Shown here: positions 1 through 10,125 of the stretch, piece by piece
Layout: the number at the start of each line of letters is the position of its first letter
How positions within the stretch are numbered: position 1 is the first letter of the stretch
From: an uncultured delta proteobacterium
GTDB taxonomy: Bacteria; Desulfobacterota; Binatia; UBA9968
Reading direction: 5' to 3'
Assembly (NCBI GenBank): GCA_963847445.1
Contig: CAWJZV010000014.1
Coordinates: 32,001-96,000 of the forward strand
DNA: 64,000 nt
The notes under the pieces: model-generated
Databases searched by the model: none
Told to the model about the DNA's origin: nothing
The model's input: only the letters and a program-made list of their open reading frames with translations
Translations under genes and position numbers: made by a program

Positions 1-630
1 ACAGCCGCCGCCGCTGGGGATGACTTCGATCAGGACCCTTGGGAAGGCTTCAACGAAAAGATGTTCAACTTCAATCGGGAGATCCTCGATCGCTTTCTGT
101 TGAAGCCGATCGCCACCGGCTGGGACTTTGTTTTTCCTGACATGGTACAACGCGGATTTCGCAACATGTTCGACAACCTCGACGTCGTCCGCCGAGTGGT
201 CAATAATACCCTGCAATTGAAGCTTGCCGGCGCCGGCATCGAGCTGGTGCGATTTACCGTCAATAGTACGGTTGGGGTCGCGGGCTTTTTCGACATTGCA
301 AAGGATGCCTTCGGCATCGAACAGAAAGACGAAGACACCGGCCAGACCTTCGGCGTCTGGGGCATGGGACCGGGTCCCTATCTAGTTCTGCCGCTTCTGC
401 CGCCGCTGAACGTTCGTGACGGCATCGGTTATGCCTTCGACGCGGCGATGTTCCCACCGTCTTACTTTATCCCCTGGTGGGGCTCCCTCGCAGGCACTGT
501 TACCGAGACGGTCAACGAGCGCTCACTCAATCTCGACCGCTTCGAGCGGGTGGCGGAAACCACAGTTGACCTCTACGGCGCCGTGCGTAACGCCTACTTG
601 CAACGGCGCGCTGCCGCGATCAAGCAATAG
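1..630 (+). CDS. mlaA: VacJ/MlaA family lipoprotein (5' end outside window)
   Basis: Frame open from base 1: DPWEGFNEKMFNFN, INSTVG-like VNSTVGVAGFFD, EDTGQTFGVWG, GPYLVLP, DLYGAVRNAYLQRR. Confidence 0.9.
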   Translation, partial: TAAAAGDDFDQDPWEGFNEKMFNFNREILDRFLLKPIATGWDFVFPDMVQRGFRNMFDNLDVVRRVVNNTLQLKLAGAGIELVRFTVNSTVGVAGFFDIAKDAFGIEQKDEDTGQTFGVWGMGPGPYLVLPLLPPLNVRDGIGYAFDAAMFPPSYFIPWWGSLAGTVTETVNERSLNLDRFERVAETTVDLYGAVRNAYLQRRAAAIKQ

Positions 631-856
631 CTATTCGCCTACGGTTCGGAATCAACGCGGAAGATCGGCAACGGTCTTCCGCGTTGCTGTTTTAGGGGAA
701 TGCCGCGCGGCAATCTCCTGTCACCTGGGGTTGCCAGTACCCGCGAGTTCAAATCCGCGCACTTTCGCGGTAGTACACTATTAATTCAGGCGCAAAGATT
801 GTACGGATTGGACCAATCGACCAGTGCAAACTTAGTCAAGCTTAGAGGACACATCG

Positions 857-1691
857 ATGCCCATCGCCAGTCTTCCCACAGGCACAGAGCTTTACTATGA
901 AACCCACGGCGCTGGCGCTGCGCTACTGCTTTTTCCATCGACGGCGTTTTCCGGCGAGGTCTGGAAACCCTACCAAGTGCCGGCACTATCGCCGGCCATG
1001 CAGCTGATTCTCCACGATCCCCGCGGCTGTCCGCGCACCAGAGTCAGCCAGCAAGTCTATACCATCGAGCAGATGGCCAACGATGCGGTGGCCCTGCTCG
1101 ACCATCTAGATATTCCTTCAGCTCACCTGCTCGGCCATTCCATGGGCGGCCGGGTCGCCCTGACCCTGGCGCTGAATTTTCCCGGGCGGGTGAAGAGCCT
1201 GATCATGGCCGCCAGCGGCTCGGGCCTGGTCACTCGCCCCGGCCCGGACTGCATTCCCGGCTTGCCCCATTGGCTCGTGCTCGGCTTGGTCGAGAAAGGT
1301 TTCGAGAAACTTCTTGCGCGACGAATACTGCGAGTCGGAAGTATTTTTCACCAAGGAGTTTCGCACAGCTCATCCGGATCGCATCGAAGATTTCTTCAAG
1401 CTCGCACGCGCGACCCACGCCAACCTGTCCGAATATATCCACTTGAGCATCGCCCGCCACAACTGGGAAGCCACGCACCGTTTAGGCGACGTGCGCGTTC
1501 CGACCCTGGTGCTGATCGGCACCAACGACAAAGCGCGCAGCAACCATCTGCTACAAGCTGAAGCATTGAAAAACAGAATTCCCGGCGCCGAACTCAAAGT
1601 ACTCAAAGGCCAGTCCCACGGCTTCTTCTGGCAAGCGCCGGAAGAAACCAACCAGGTGATTCTCGACTGGGTAAGACGACACACGGCTTAA
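857..1691 (+). CDS. alpha/beta hydrolase (one frameshift near 1315)
   Basis: GHSMGG nucleophile elbow and C-terminal SHGFFWQAPE; ORFs 857-1561 and 1314-1691 join; near-identical architecture to the intact paralog at 43384-44217. Confidence 0.85.
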
Positions 1692-1720
1692 TCTGGGTGG
1701 ACTCAAACGACTTCAGAATC

Positions 1721-1808
1721 CGTCATGCGGCGCAGGTCCGGCATCCAGACTCGTTCAGGTTTCGGCTTATCATAAGAAGCCTAGACTCCCGCGTCCGCGG
1801 GAATTGAC
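1721..1808. repeat. GTCAT...TGAC-type REP-like palindromic element (degenerate)
   Basis: Begins GTCATGC and ends TCCCCGCGTCCGCGGGAATTGAC with an internal hairpin. Confidence 0.4.
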
Positions 1809-1875
1809 CTACGAGCAACTCAAAGTAGACATCGCTCGTCTCACTACGTTAAAAGGTCGCCCTGGAGAAACTCTC

Positions 1876-2765
1876 ATGCCCTACTGTTATCCGCCCGATC
1901 CCAACACGCGCAAACCCAAGTTCACGCCGCCGCCCAACTCCTGCGACACGCACTTTCATGTCTTCGGGCCCCCCGAAGTGTTTCCGTTCGTCTCGACCCA
2001 TGAGTACACGCCGCCGGCGGCGCCGTTGGAACACTATCAAAAAATGCTCGCGGTGATCGGCGTCGAGCGCGCCGTCGTCGTCCAACCGAGCGTGCACGGC
2101 CTCGACAACTCGGCGACTCTCGACGCGATCAAGAACTCCCACGGCAAATTCCGCGGCGTCGGCCGCATCGACGACAAGACACCGGAGGATGAACTCCAAC
2201 GTTTACATGACGGGGGCATCCGCGGCGTGAGATTCAATCTGCTCGACCGGCCGCGCGGCAACGTTAGACTTGACGTGCTCGACCGCTGCATCGAGAAAAT
2301 TGCTGACCTCCGCTGGTCTCTCGACCTGCACATCGACATGAAAAACCTCCTCGAGCAAGAAAACCGTATTCGAACCTCGCCGATTCCAGTGATCATCGAT
2401 CATATCGCAAGAGTGAAACCCGCCGAAGGATTGCAGCAGGCAGGGTTTCAGCTGTTGCTCGAATTGATGAAACTCAAACATGTCTGGACCAAAGTCAGCG
2501 GCGCCGATAAAATTTGCGAGACCATGGTGCATTCTTATTACGGCCTGCCCTTCGTCGAGGTGATTCCCTACGCCCAGGCGGTGATAGCCGTCGCGCCCGA
2601 CCGCGTCATCTGGGGCACCGATTGGCCGCACTCGAATAATTTCGCGCCCGGCCACACGCCCAACGACGGCGACTTGGTGGATTTGCTCGCGGCATTTGCT
2701 CCCGATGAGCGGTCAGACACAAGATCCTTGTCGACAATCCCGCCGCATTGTATGGTTTCAATTGA
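1876..2765 (+). CDS. amidohydrolase_2 family, LigI (2-pyrone-4,6-dicarboxylate lactonase)-like
   Basis: CDTHFHVFGP, VVVQPSVHG.DN, GIRGVRFN, VIIDHIAR, RVIWGTDWPH; GGAG before ATG 1876; last codons ILVDNPAALYGFN lie in another frame after ~2712. Confidence 0.85.
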
Positions 2766-2792
2766 TTTTTAAATTCGGAGGAGGAATCCACT

Positions 2793-3212
2793 GTGATCAA
2801 GATGACCGACGAGATGAAACAACGGGTCGACAAAGCATTTGAAGAAAAGAAATACTGCGTCTGGGCGACCACGTCGGACGACGGCTTTCCCGACATGAGC
2901 TTTCGCGGCAGCACGTTTGTTTTCGACGATGAGCATATCGCCTTCTGGGACCGCTCTTTCGGCGCCAGCACGACCAATCTGGAAAGCAGCCCGCAGGTCT
3001 GCATGCTTTTCTATGACAAAGAAAACCGCTTGGGTTGGCGCTTCTACGGCACGGCAACGGTCCACAAGGACGGCGACATCCGCCAACAGATCATGCGCCG
3101 CACGGTCAAAGGCGAACTCGACAAGGACCCCGAGCGCAAAGGTTACGGCGTGCTCGTGCGGATCGACAAAATTCGCGGCTACAGCGGCTTCAACGTGGTG
3201 CAGGAGCGGTAG
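2793..3212 (+). CDS. pyridoxamine 5'-phosphate oxidase (FMN split-barrel) family protein
   Basis: WATTSDDGFPDMSFRGS, NLESSPQV pattern; GGAGGAGG RBS. Confidence 0.8.
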   Translation: MIKMTDEMKQRVDKAFEEKKYCVWATTSDDGFPDMSFRGSTFVFDDEHIAFWDRSFGASTTNLESSPQVCMLFYDKENRLGWRFYGTATVHKDGDIRQQIMRRTVKGELDKDPERKGYGVLVRIDKIRGYSGFNVVQER

Positions 3213-3238
3213 CCGGCGGCAAGGCTGTCTGATCGCAA

Positions 3239-4229
3239 ATGACAAGTCGCAGATTTCACAGTCGGAACTCGTGTCGGTTTATCTTAATCGCCGCGATCGC
3301 AACCTGCTTCTGCCTCGGCTCCCCGAGCCACGCCGCTGAGCGCATCCGCATCGCGGTGTCGAATCCCAACATGCCCAATCTCACCTCGCAAATGGCACTC
3401 AAGCGCGGTTTCTTCAAGGATGAAAATCTCGACGCCGAGATCATCCGCATGAATCCCAACGTCGCGATCACGGCGCTGGCCACCGGCGACGTTGACTACT
3501 GCCAACTCTTCGGCGCCGTGGTCGGCGGCGCGGTTTCCGGCCTGCCGGTGCGGATCGTCGCCGGATTTCTCGACAACTGGCCGATGACGCTGATCGCCCA
3601 ACCGGAGATCAAAACGCTCAAGGATCTCAAAGGCAAAACCCTCGGCATCAGCAGCTTCGGCGCCACTCCCGATGTCGCCGCCCGCATGATGATCAAACAG
3701 GCCGGCATCGATAGCGACAAGGAAATCAAAATCCTCGCCCTCGGCTCCGACGCCGCGCGCATGACCGCGCTGATGCAGCGCATCGTCGACGTCGTCGTCA
3801 TGTCGCCGCCCGCCGACACCCAGCTGGAGAAACAAGGCTACAAAATCTTGGCGCGGGCCTACGAACTATTCAATTTCCCCTACCTCGGTCTCGGCACCCA
3901 TCTGCGCAAAATCAAAGAGAAGCCGCAGGAGATTCGCCGCGCCATCAAAGCGACGGTAAAAGCGAATCGCTTCATCCGCGACAATCGCGACGAGTCCGCG
4001 CGCACGCTGATCGCCTGGGGCAAGGTCGAACGCGAATTCGCCTACGCCTCCTACGACGCGCTGCGAGTGTTGTTCAACAGCGACGGCGCCGTGCCCGAAG
4101 ACGGCTTGAAGCTGGTCATCGACCAAGCCCGCCGCAACGCCAAAGTACCCGTGAAGTCGCGCCAACGATGTGGCGGACTAACGTTCCTGCGCGAAGCGCA
4201 GGCGGAGTTGGGAGATCAAGGCGCGGTAG
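3239..4229 (+). CDS. ABC transporter substrate-binding protein, NMT1/THI5/SsuA-like
   Basis: Signal peptide, GFFKDENLD, LKDLKGKTLGISSFG; likely stop TAG 4227-4229 reached via an indel near the C-terminus. Confidence 0.8.
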
Positions 4230-4250
4230 TGAACGGAGCGCGAGCCCAAC

Positions 4251-4288
4251 GAATTGAACGTCTTGAACGGTTTGAACGACTTGAACAA
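4251..4288 (+). repeat. TTGAACNNN 9-nt periodic intergenic repeat
   Basis: ttgaacgtc ttgaacggt ttgaacgac ttgaac immediately before the RBS of the 4304 gene. Confidence 0.8.
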
Positions 4289-4303
4289 ATTCAGGAGCCC
4301 ACC

Positions 4304-5428
4304 ATGATTATCGACTGGCATGCCCATGTTTATCCGCCCGAGTTGGCGAAAGAGCGGCGCTGGGGCGGCGCGTCGCCGCTGACCATTGAAAACCTGCTCG
4401 AAGCCCATGAAAAGGCCGGCATCGAGCGCTGTGTCGTCAGCAACACGATTCATTACTTGAAAGACAAAACCGCCGACGAATCGCTCGCGTTCCTGCGCCG
4501 CTGGAACGAATACGGCGCGGAGATTCAGCAGAAGTATAAAGACCGCATTATCGTTTTCACCAGCACGATGCCCTGCGGCGGCGCGCCGTTCAACAAAGAA
4601 CTAGAGCGAGCCGTCACCGAATACGGCCTGCATGGCGTGCTGATCAACTCCAGCCACCAGCATGCCTATCCCGACGATGACGAAGCCAAGCCGTTTTTCG
4701 AGTTGGTCTCGAGTCTCGGCATTCCGATGATGATGCACGCGCCGTCGGTCGGTTACGGCGAAGAGCGCATGCGCGACTACCGGCTGGCGTCGAGCGTCGG
4801 CCGGCCCTTCGACGAGTGCTTGAGCATCGCGCGCATGATCGTCCGCGGCGTCTTCGAGCGCCACCCCAACTTGAAATTCGTCGGCTGCCATCTGGGCGGC
4901 GGCATCTGCGACGTCATCGGCCGCATGGACTACGCCTACGAGCTAGGCGATCAAGCCTCGGGGCTGGGCAGCTACGAACCGATGTTGATCACGAAGAAGC
5001 CCAGCGAGTATTTGAAAACCATTCACATGGACACGGTGGCCTACCACCCGCCGGCGGTGATGTGCGCCTATCAAACCGTCGGCGCCAAACAATTGCTCTT
5101 CGGCAGCGACGCGCCGCCGCTCTTGCCGCTGCTGCCGCGCGCCAAGCAGATCATCGAAGAGCTGCCGATCAGCGGCGCCGAGCGCGAAGCGATCTTCAGC
5201 GGCAATGCCTTGCGTTTGCTCGGCCGCTCGCGCCGCATAGCACGGTTGACGTTTGGCCGGGACCGCGTTAAGGAAGTCGGAAATCTTTCAAGGAACCACC
5301 ATGGCCCATGCTCAAGCCTCGCAGGGCGCTTGAAAGCCTTGCTGCGTTATATTGACAGTCACCATCGTGACCGTCGCTCCAGCACATTCGCCGGCGACCC
5401 AAAGCTTTCGCGAACTGCTCGACCGTAG
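4304..5428 (+). CDS. amidohydrolase_2 family (ACMSD-like metal-dependent decarboxylase/hydrolase)
   Basis: MIIDWHAH, CHLGGG, LLFGSDAP, IFSGNALRLL; own AGGAG RBS; the family fold ends near 5225 so the true stop may be ~5240. Confidence 0.85.
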   Translation: MIIDWHAHVYPPELAKERRWGGASPLTIENLLEAHEKAGIERCVVSNTIHYLKDKTADESLAFLRRWNEYGAEIQQKYKDRIIVFTSTMPCGGAPFNKELERAVTEYGLHGVLINSSHQHAYPDDDEAKPFFELVSSLGIPMMMHAPSVGYGEERMRDYRLASSVGRPFDECLSIARMIVRGVFERHPNLKFVGCHLGGGICDVIGRMDYAYELGDQASGLGSYEPMLITKKPSEYLKTIHMDTVAYHPPAVMCAYQTVGAKQLLFGSDAPPLLPLLPRAKQIIEELPISGAEREAIFSGNALRLLGRSRRIARLTFGRDRVKEVGNLSRNHHGPCSSLAGRLKALLRYIDSHHRDRRSSTFAGDPKLSRTARP

Positions 5429-5585
5429 CGAAAAGGAGCGCAAAGGACTAATATTTTACGTCAAGGGCCAGACGATCCCCGGGGTTGTCGGCAAAATGGG
5501 CGCCGATACCGTGGAGGTGCGCAATCAGACCTATGGCTGCATCGTCAGTCGTCTCGAGAGCATCGATGCGGTGGCGATCAACTAA
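5352..5585 (+). CDS. small hypothetical protein, possible Sm/Hfq-like fold
   Basis: Helix then five short beta segments (FRELLDRSEKERKGLIFYVKGQTIPGVV...SIDAVAIN); start uncertain. Confidence 0.5.
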   Translation: MTVTIVTVAPAHSPATQSFRELLDRSEKERKGLIFYVKGQTIPGVVGKMGADTVEVRNQTYGCIVSRLESIDAVAIN

Positions 5586-5619
5586 GCAAACTATTACTAT
5601 TGAGGCACAAGGAGAACAC

Positions 5620-5895
5620 ATGGCCGGATTATCCTACGACGATCTGATCGAACCGACGATCGTCAAACAAGTATCGAAAAGCGTCGCCTACTGCCGCTGC
5701 ACTCGCAGCAAGAATCTGCCGTTCTGCGACGGCTCCCACGAGGGCACCAATATGCAACCGGCAATCATCGAGCTGGCCAGCCCGGAGACCATCGCCATCT
5801 GCCGCTGCTGGAGATCCAAAGACCATCCCTACTGCGACGGCACCCACGGCCGGTTGGTAAAACCGAAAGAACGCCCACCGAGAAATCACGGCTAA
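5620..5895 (+). CDS. CDGSH iron-sulfur domain protein (two CDGSH motifs)
   Basis: CRCTRSKNLPFCDGSH and CRCWRSKDHPYCDGTH; GGAG RBS before ATG 5620. Confidence 0.9.
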   Translation: MAGLSYDDLIEPTIVKQVSKSVAYCRCTRSKNLPFCDGSHEGTNMQPAIIELASPETIAICRCWRSKDHPYCDGTHGRLVKPKERPPRNHG

Positions 5896-5990
5896 TCATG
5901 GGGGTGACCGATTGAACTCTTGAACCAAGAAGGTCAAATTGAACGATTGGAACTTTTAGAACGACTGGCACAAAACTGAGGAGGTTATTT

Positions 5991-6379
5991 ATGGTTGAAA
6001 TGAAAAATTTAGTTAAAGAGGCCGACGCCCACCCGGAGATTGGCCATTTGAGTCTGTGGCGCACCGACTTGGCCTACTACTGGGTGATCAACTGCGAGCC
6101 CGGACTGCAAGACGACATGCACTATCACGACAACGACGATCATATCTTCATGGTGCGTCGAAGGCGAGTGCACCGTGCGCACGCCGCACAAAGAGTTCGT
6201 CTTGAAGCAGTTCGACACGGTGCTGCTGCAAGTCCGGCGAGTCCTATCAACTATGCAATCCCGGCACGGGCCGGATGCTACTACTGGGCGCCGGCAATAG
6301 CCATGTCGACGGCAAGCCGCGCACCCGCGTGCCGAAGATTCCCAGCCACACGCCGATCAAAGAACCGATCGTCGCGTAG
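5991..6379 (+). CDS. cupin domain protein (frameshifted)
   Basis: MHYHDNDDHIFMV then EGECTVRT in a shifted frame; ends PIKEPIVA-TAG. Confidence 0.7.
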
Positions 6380-6436
6380 GCGGTATTGTCGCAACCCAGA
6401 TATGCGTTGAACAAATCCGAGTATTGGTTCGGATGC

Positions 6437-6537
6437 TCCCCCTTTGGAAAAGGGGGGAAGGGGGGATTTTCTTCAGCGGACTTTCTCCCGCGCAAAGACC
6501 GAAATCCCCCTCAGTGCCGCCTTTTTCAAAGGGGGAA
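6437..6537. repeat. inverted pair of CCCCCTTT-N-AAAGGGGG REP-like elements
   Basis: tccccctttggaaaaggggggaaggggggattt ... aaatccccctc...ctttttcaaaggggga. Confidence 0.65.
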
Positions 6538-6570
6538 GTACCGTCCACAAGACAGACAACCAATCAGATC

Positions 6571-6610
6571 AAAAAAAACCGGCAGTGCATGAACTCATGC
6601 ACTGCCGGTT
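6571..6610 (-). terminator. rho-independent terminator of the Tim44-domain gene
   Basis: Stem AACCGGCAGTGCATG / CATGCACTGCCGGTT followed by a T8 run on the minus strand, ~25 nt after the stop. Confidence 0.85.
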
Positions 6611-6635
6611 GTAACTGGTATAGTGTCTAATCGAC

Positions 6636-7629
6636 TTACGCCTGCTGCACCGCGGTCAGCTTCCAGCCGTTGGGTCCAACCGGGCGGCTGAATGTCCAAA
6701 ATTCCTCGAACTCCACCGGCTCGCTGTCGCTGCCGACGACCACATTGCCGCTCTTTTCGTCGACGGTGAAATCGAGCAGGTTGGCATGCAAGCGCACGGT
6801 GATAAAGTCCTCGCCATTCTCGGTCCACACTTCGGTGATCTCGCTCTCGCGCAGGGCTATGTTGTCCATGCGGTTGTTCTGGCCGCGCAGTTTGAGCTGT
6901 GCCATCTCTTCTTCCCAGGTTTTCATCAGTTCGCCGCCGCACAGCGTGCGCAGCGTCGTAATATCCTGCTTGTTCCACGCGCCCTGGATTTTGAAAAAAT
7001 TATCCTGAGCGGTTTTAAGAAACTTGTTGGCATCGAAGCTCGGGTCCATCATGGTCAACGAGCGATAGTCGGCGCCGTTGAACGGCAGCGGCTCCTGCAC
7101 TGGCGGATTGTTGGAGTAGCCGCGGTGTCGGCGCCTGGTAGGACGTGTCTTGATACTGCATTGAGCCGTCGTCGGTCGCCAGCGCTGGCGTTCTGGACGA
7201 TTTGTATTTCCGGTAAAGAAAATACGCCAAGCCGCCGAACAGAAGAATCTCCAACATGCCGAATCCACTGCCGCCCATACCGCCGCCCATACCACCGAAA
7301 CCGCTGGCACCAGCCAGGCCCGAGAACAGCATCGAGCCTAAAAAGCCGCCGAGCACCGCCGTACCCAGACCGCGCATCAAACCGCCCGATTGCGGCATCA
7401 TCGGCGACGATTGCCGCGCCTGTTGTTGCTGGACGGCATCTTGTTTTTGTGGCGATGTCGGAGTCGTCGAGCGACTCGGCGACTGGTAGCTGCGCGAACC
7501 GCGGAAACCGCCGGAACGACCACCGCCGGCGCGCGCATCGGCCAAAGTTTCAAGTGCAATTTGGCTCAGCGCGAAGGCCGCAAAAAGCCCCACCCCCATG
7601 ACAAAAAATTTACGATTGCTTTTCGACAT
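6636..7629 (-). CDS. Tim44 domain-containing protein (frameshift near 7122)
   Basis: ARAGGGRSGGFRGSRS N-terminus, Gly-rich TM segment, C-terminal DPSFD..FL...Q.AW and EEFWTFSRP..W.LTAVQQ. Confidence 0.88.
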
Positions 7630-7804
7630 AGATTTAGTTCCTCCTAAGGAATTTCGATCTCAGTGCCGGAAGTGTAACCATGCCAAGAAATCGAGTCAAT
7701 GCACTATTTTTAATAATTCCGAGGCCACAAAGCGCTTCAGAGATCAGCTAGGACGCCGGGGTTGTCGTTGCCTTTCTCGCCCCTTTGTGGCACTTGAGCA
7801 AACC

Positions 7805-9045
7805 ATGGCTGAACCCAAGTGGTACCAAGAACTGACGACCTACCAGTGGCGCGTACTCGTCTGCGCCTGCTTCGGCTGGGCGCTCGACATCATGGACGGC
7901 TATCTCTACGCGATCATTCTATTCCCGGCCATGAGCGATTTGCTCGGCACGAGCGAGGCAGCGGTTATCGGCTGGTACGGCGGCATCGTGCTGAGCATCT
8001 TCATGATCGGTTGGGCGCTGGGCGGGCTGATCTTCGGACCCATCGCCGACCGTTACGGCCGCGCCAAGACCATGGCGATCACGATCTTGATCTACGCCAC
8101 TTTCACCGGACTATGCGGCATCGCCGGTAGCTGGTGGGAATTGGCGATCTTCCGATTCCTCACCGGCTTGGGCATCGGCGGCGAATGGGCCGCCGGCGCA
8201 GCATTAATCGCCGAGAGTTTCCCGGAAAAATCGCGCGCCAAAGCCGCCGGCATCATGCAAGCCTCCGGCGGCATCGGCTTCTTTCTCGCCACCGCGCTTT
8301 ATCTTGTCATCGGCCCCTACGGCTGGCGCTGGGTATTTGCCCTCGGCGTTTTGCCCGCCATCGTCGCCTTTTACGTTCGTCACTCGCTGGAAGAACCGGT
8401 GCGCTGGACCAAAGCCAAACAGACGGGCAATCCCTACCCGGCTCTATTCGCTCCCGGAGTGCGCCGCGACTTGCTGGTCGGCACCGGCCTCGCGGTGGTC
8501 GCGACCTTCGGCTATCAAGGCGCGGTGCAATGGGTGCCGAGCTGGATCGCCGCCATGCTCCACGCCCAAGGCACCCGGGCGGTGATCCCACAGGTAAGCT
8601 TGATCACGACGACGCTCACGACCGGCGGCATCATCGGCTGTCTATGCATGCCGTTCATCGCCGAGCGCTGGGGCAGAAAAGGCGCGTTGTTCATCTATTT
8701 CCTCGGCGCCCTGCTCAGCGTGCCGACAACGTTCCTGTTCGCCAAGGAGTTCAGCCACGCCGTGATCGCTTCGCCGGTGATGGGCTTTTTCGCCGCCGGC
8801 GTGACCACCGCCTTCGCGATCTACTTTCCCGAACTGTTTCCCACCAAGATCCGCGCCACCGCGCAAGGCTTTTGCTTCAACTTCGCGCGCTTCTTCTCCG
8901 CCGCCGGCCCGCTGCTCGCCGGCGTGCTCACATCCGCCCACGGCTCCTTCGCGCCGGCCATCGCCACCATCGGGTCGATCTATGTCGTCGGCTTGTTCGT
9001 CTTATTTTCGCCCGTGAAACCAAAGGCCAAGCGTTGCCGGACTGA
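7805..9045 (+). CDS. MFS transporter (aromatic acid/metabolite:H+ symporter-like)
   Basis: GPIADRYGR, FRFLTGLGIGGEW, PELFPTKIRATAQG; terminal ETKGQALPD after an indel near 9007. Confidence 0.9.
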
Positions 9046-9123
9046 AACATCGGGCTGTTGAGAATTGGTTTTGAAAATACTATTCACCACGAAGGCCTAG
9101 CGCGGCAAAGCCGCAACCGAAAC

Positions 9124-9282
9124 TCGGAATATCTCCGCAAAAGCGCTAAGCTCGCAAAGGTGACGGGCCTATGCTCGTCATCCCGAGCGGACGTGAGGGA
9201 TCTGAAGCAGATTTCTCCCTGCGGTCGAAATGACATCAACTCCGAACTTGGCGTGCTTTACGTCTTGGCGGGAGTCAATCCC
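9124..9282. repeat. composite palindromic element, copy 1 (copy 2 at 63167-63326)
   Basis: Outer arms cggaatatct..cgcaaa / cttggcg..gag and an inner GTCATCCCGAGC...GGTCGAAATGAC element; aligns by eye with 63167-63326. Confidence 0.75.
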
Positions 9283-9477
9283 CTCTTCGGGTATCCCAGA
9301 TCACGCCTAAATTTTGCGCGAGCCGCGCAAATTGTTAACAATACTAGCACGAAGGACACGAACAATACGAAAACCTGAATAATCTCCGCATTCCCATTGC
9401 GTAACTATCATGGTTAGTTTCCACTCCGAACACTGAACTTTTGAACCTTGAACCCTTGAACGAAGGAGTCGACGCCG

Positions 9478-9996
9478 ATGTTCTCCATGCCGATCGTCAA
9501 TCTCGCAGAAATCTCGCAGCAACTTGCAGAGAGCGGCAAGCGTGTCCGAGTTTTGTGGCAACACGACGACACTCTCGCCTTCGTCGCCCGCGGCCGCGAA
9601 TACCGCAGCGAGTTTCACATCAACCCGAGCGACGAAACCATGCACATGATCAAAGGCGAGATGCGCTTGCATTACCGCACGCCCGGAAGGAAAAGAAGAA
9701 GTCGCCGTGATCGCCGAAGGCGCGATGATCTACACCCCCGCCGGCACGCCGCACTCGCCGCGCTTCCCGCCCGACGCCTTCGCGTTGATCTCAGAAAGAA
9801 AACGCCGCCCCGGCGAGATCGACCGATTTCACTGGTATTGCCAAAAATGCGACAACTTGCTGCACGAAGAAAGTTCGTCGTACACGACTACGCCCAAGAC
9901 CCGGTGTCGAAAGCGTACCAGCGATTTTTCGAGAGTGTGGAATTCAGAACCTGCAAGCAGTGCGGCGAGGTCATGCCGGCGCCGGATGCGCTTTGA
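9478..9996 (+). CDS. 3-hydroxyanthranilate 3,4-dioxygenase-like cupin with rubredoxin-like C-terminus (two indels)
   Basis: FHINPSDE, PHSPR, ERKR, WYCQKC and TCKQCG motifs spread across ORFs 9478-9996 and 9707-10048. Confidence 0.75.
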   Translation: MFSMPIVNLAEISQQLAESGKRVRVLWQHDDTLAFVARGREYRSEFHINPSDETMHMIKGEMRLHYRTPGRKRRSRRDRRRRDDLHPRRHAALAALPARRLRVDLRKKTPPRRDRPISLVLPKMRQLAARRKFVVHDYAQDPVSKAYQRFFESVEFRTCKQCGEVMPAPDAL

Positions 9997-10125
9997 TCGC
10001 CTCCATGAATCATATTCATGCGACTTGATCGGGAAAAACCCGTTCTGACAGGGAATCGGCCTTCCGTAGCCAAGTGCGAATAATCGATCCACAGAACTGG
10101 CAGGGTCGCCCCGAGCACATCGCAG

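Noticed and set aside
3239-5428. 729-aa ORF that looks like a binding protein-amidohydrolase fusion
   Set aside because: The linker is translated intergenic TTGAAC repeat (IERLERFERLEQ), the second gene has its own RBS and ATG at 4304, and a one-base shift gives the first gene a normal stop at 4229
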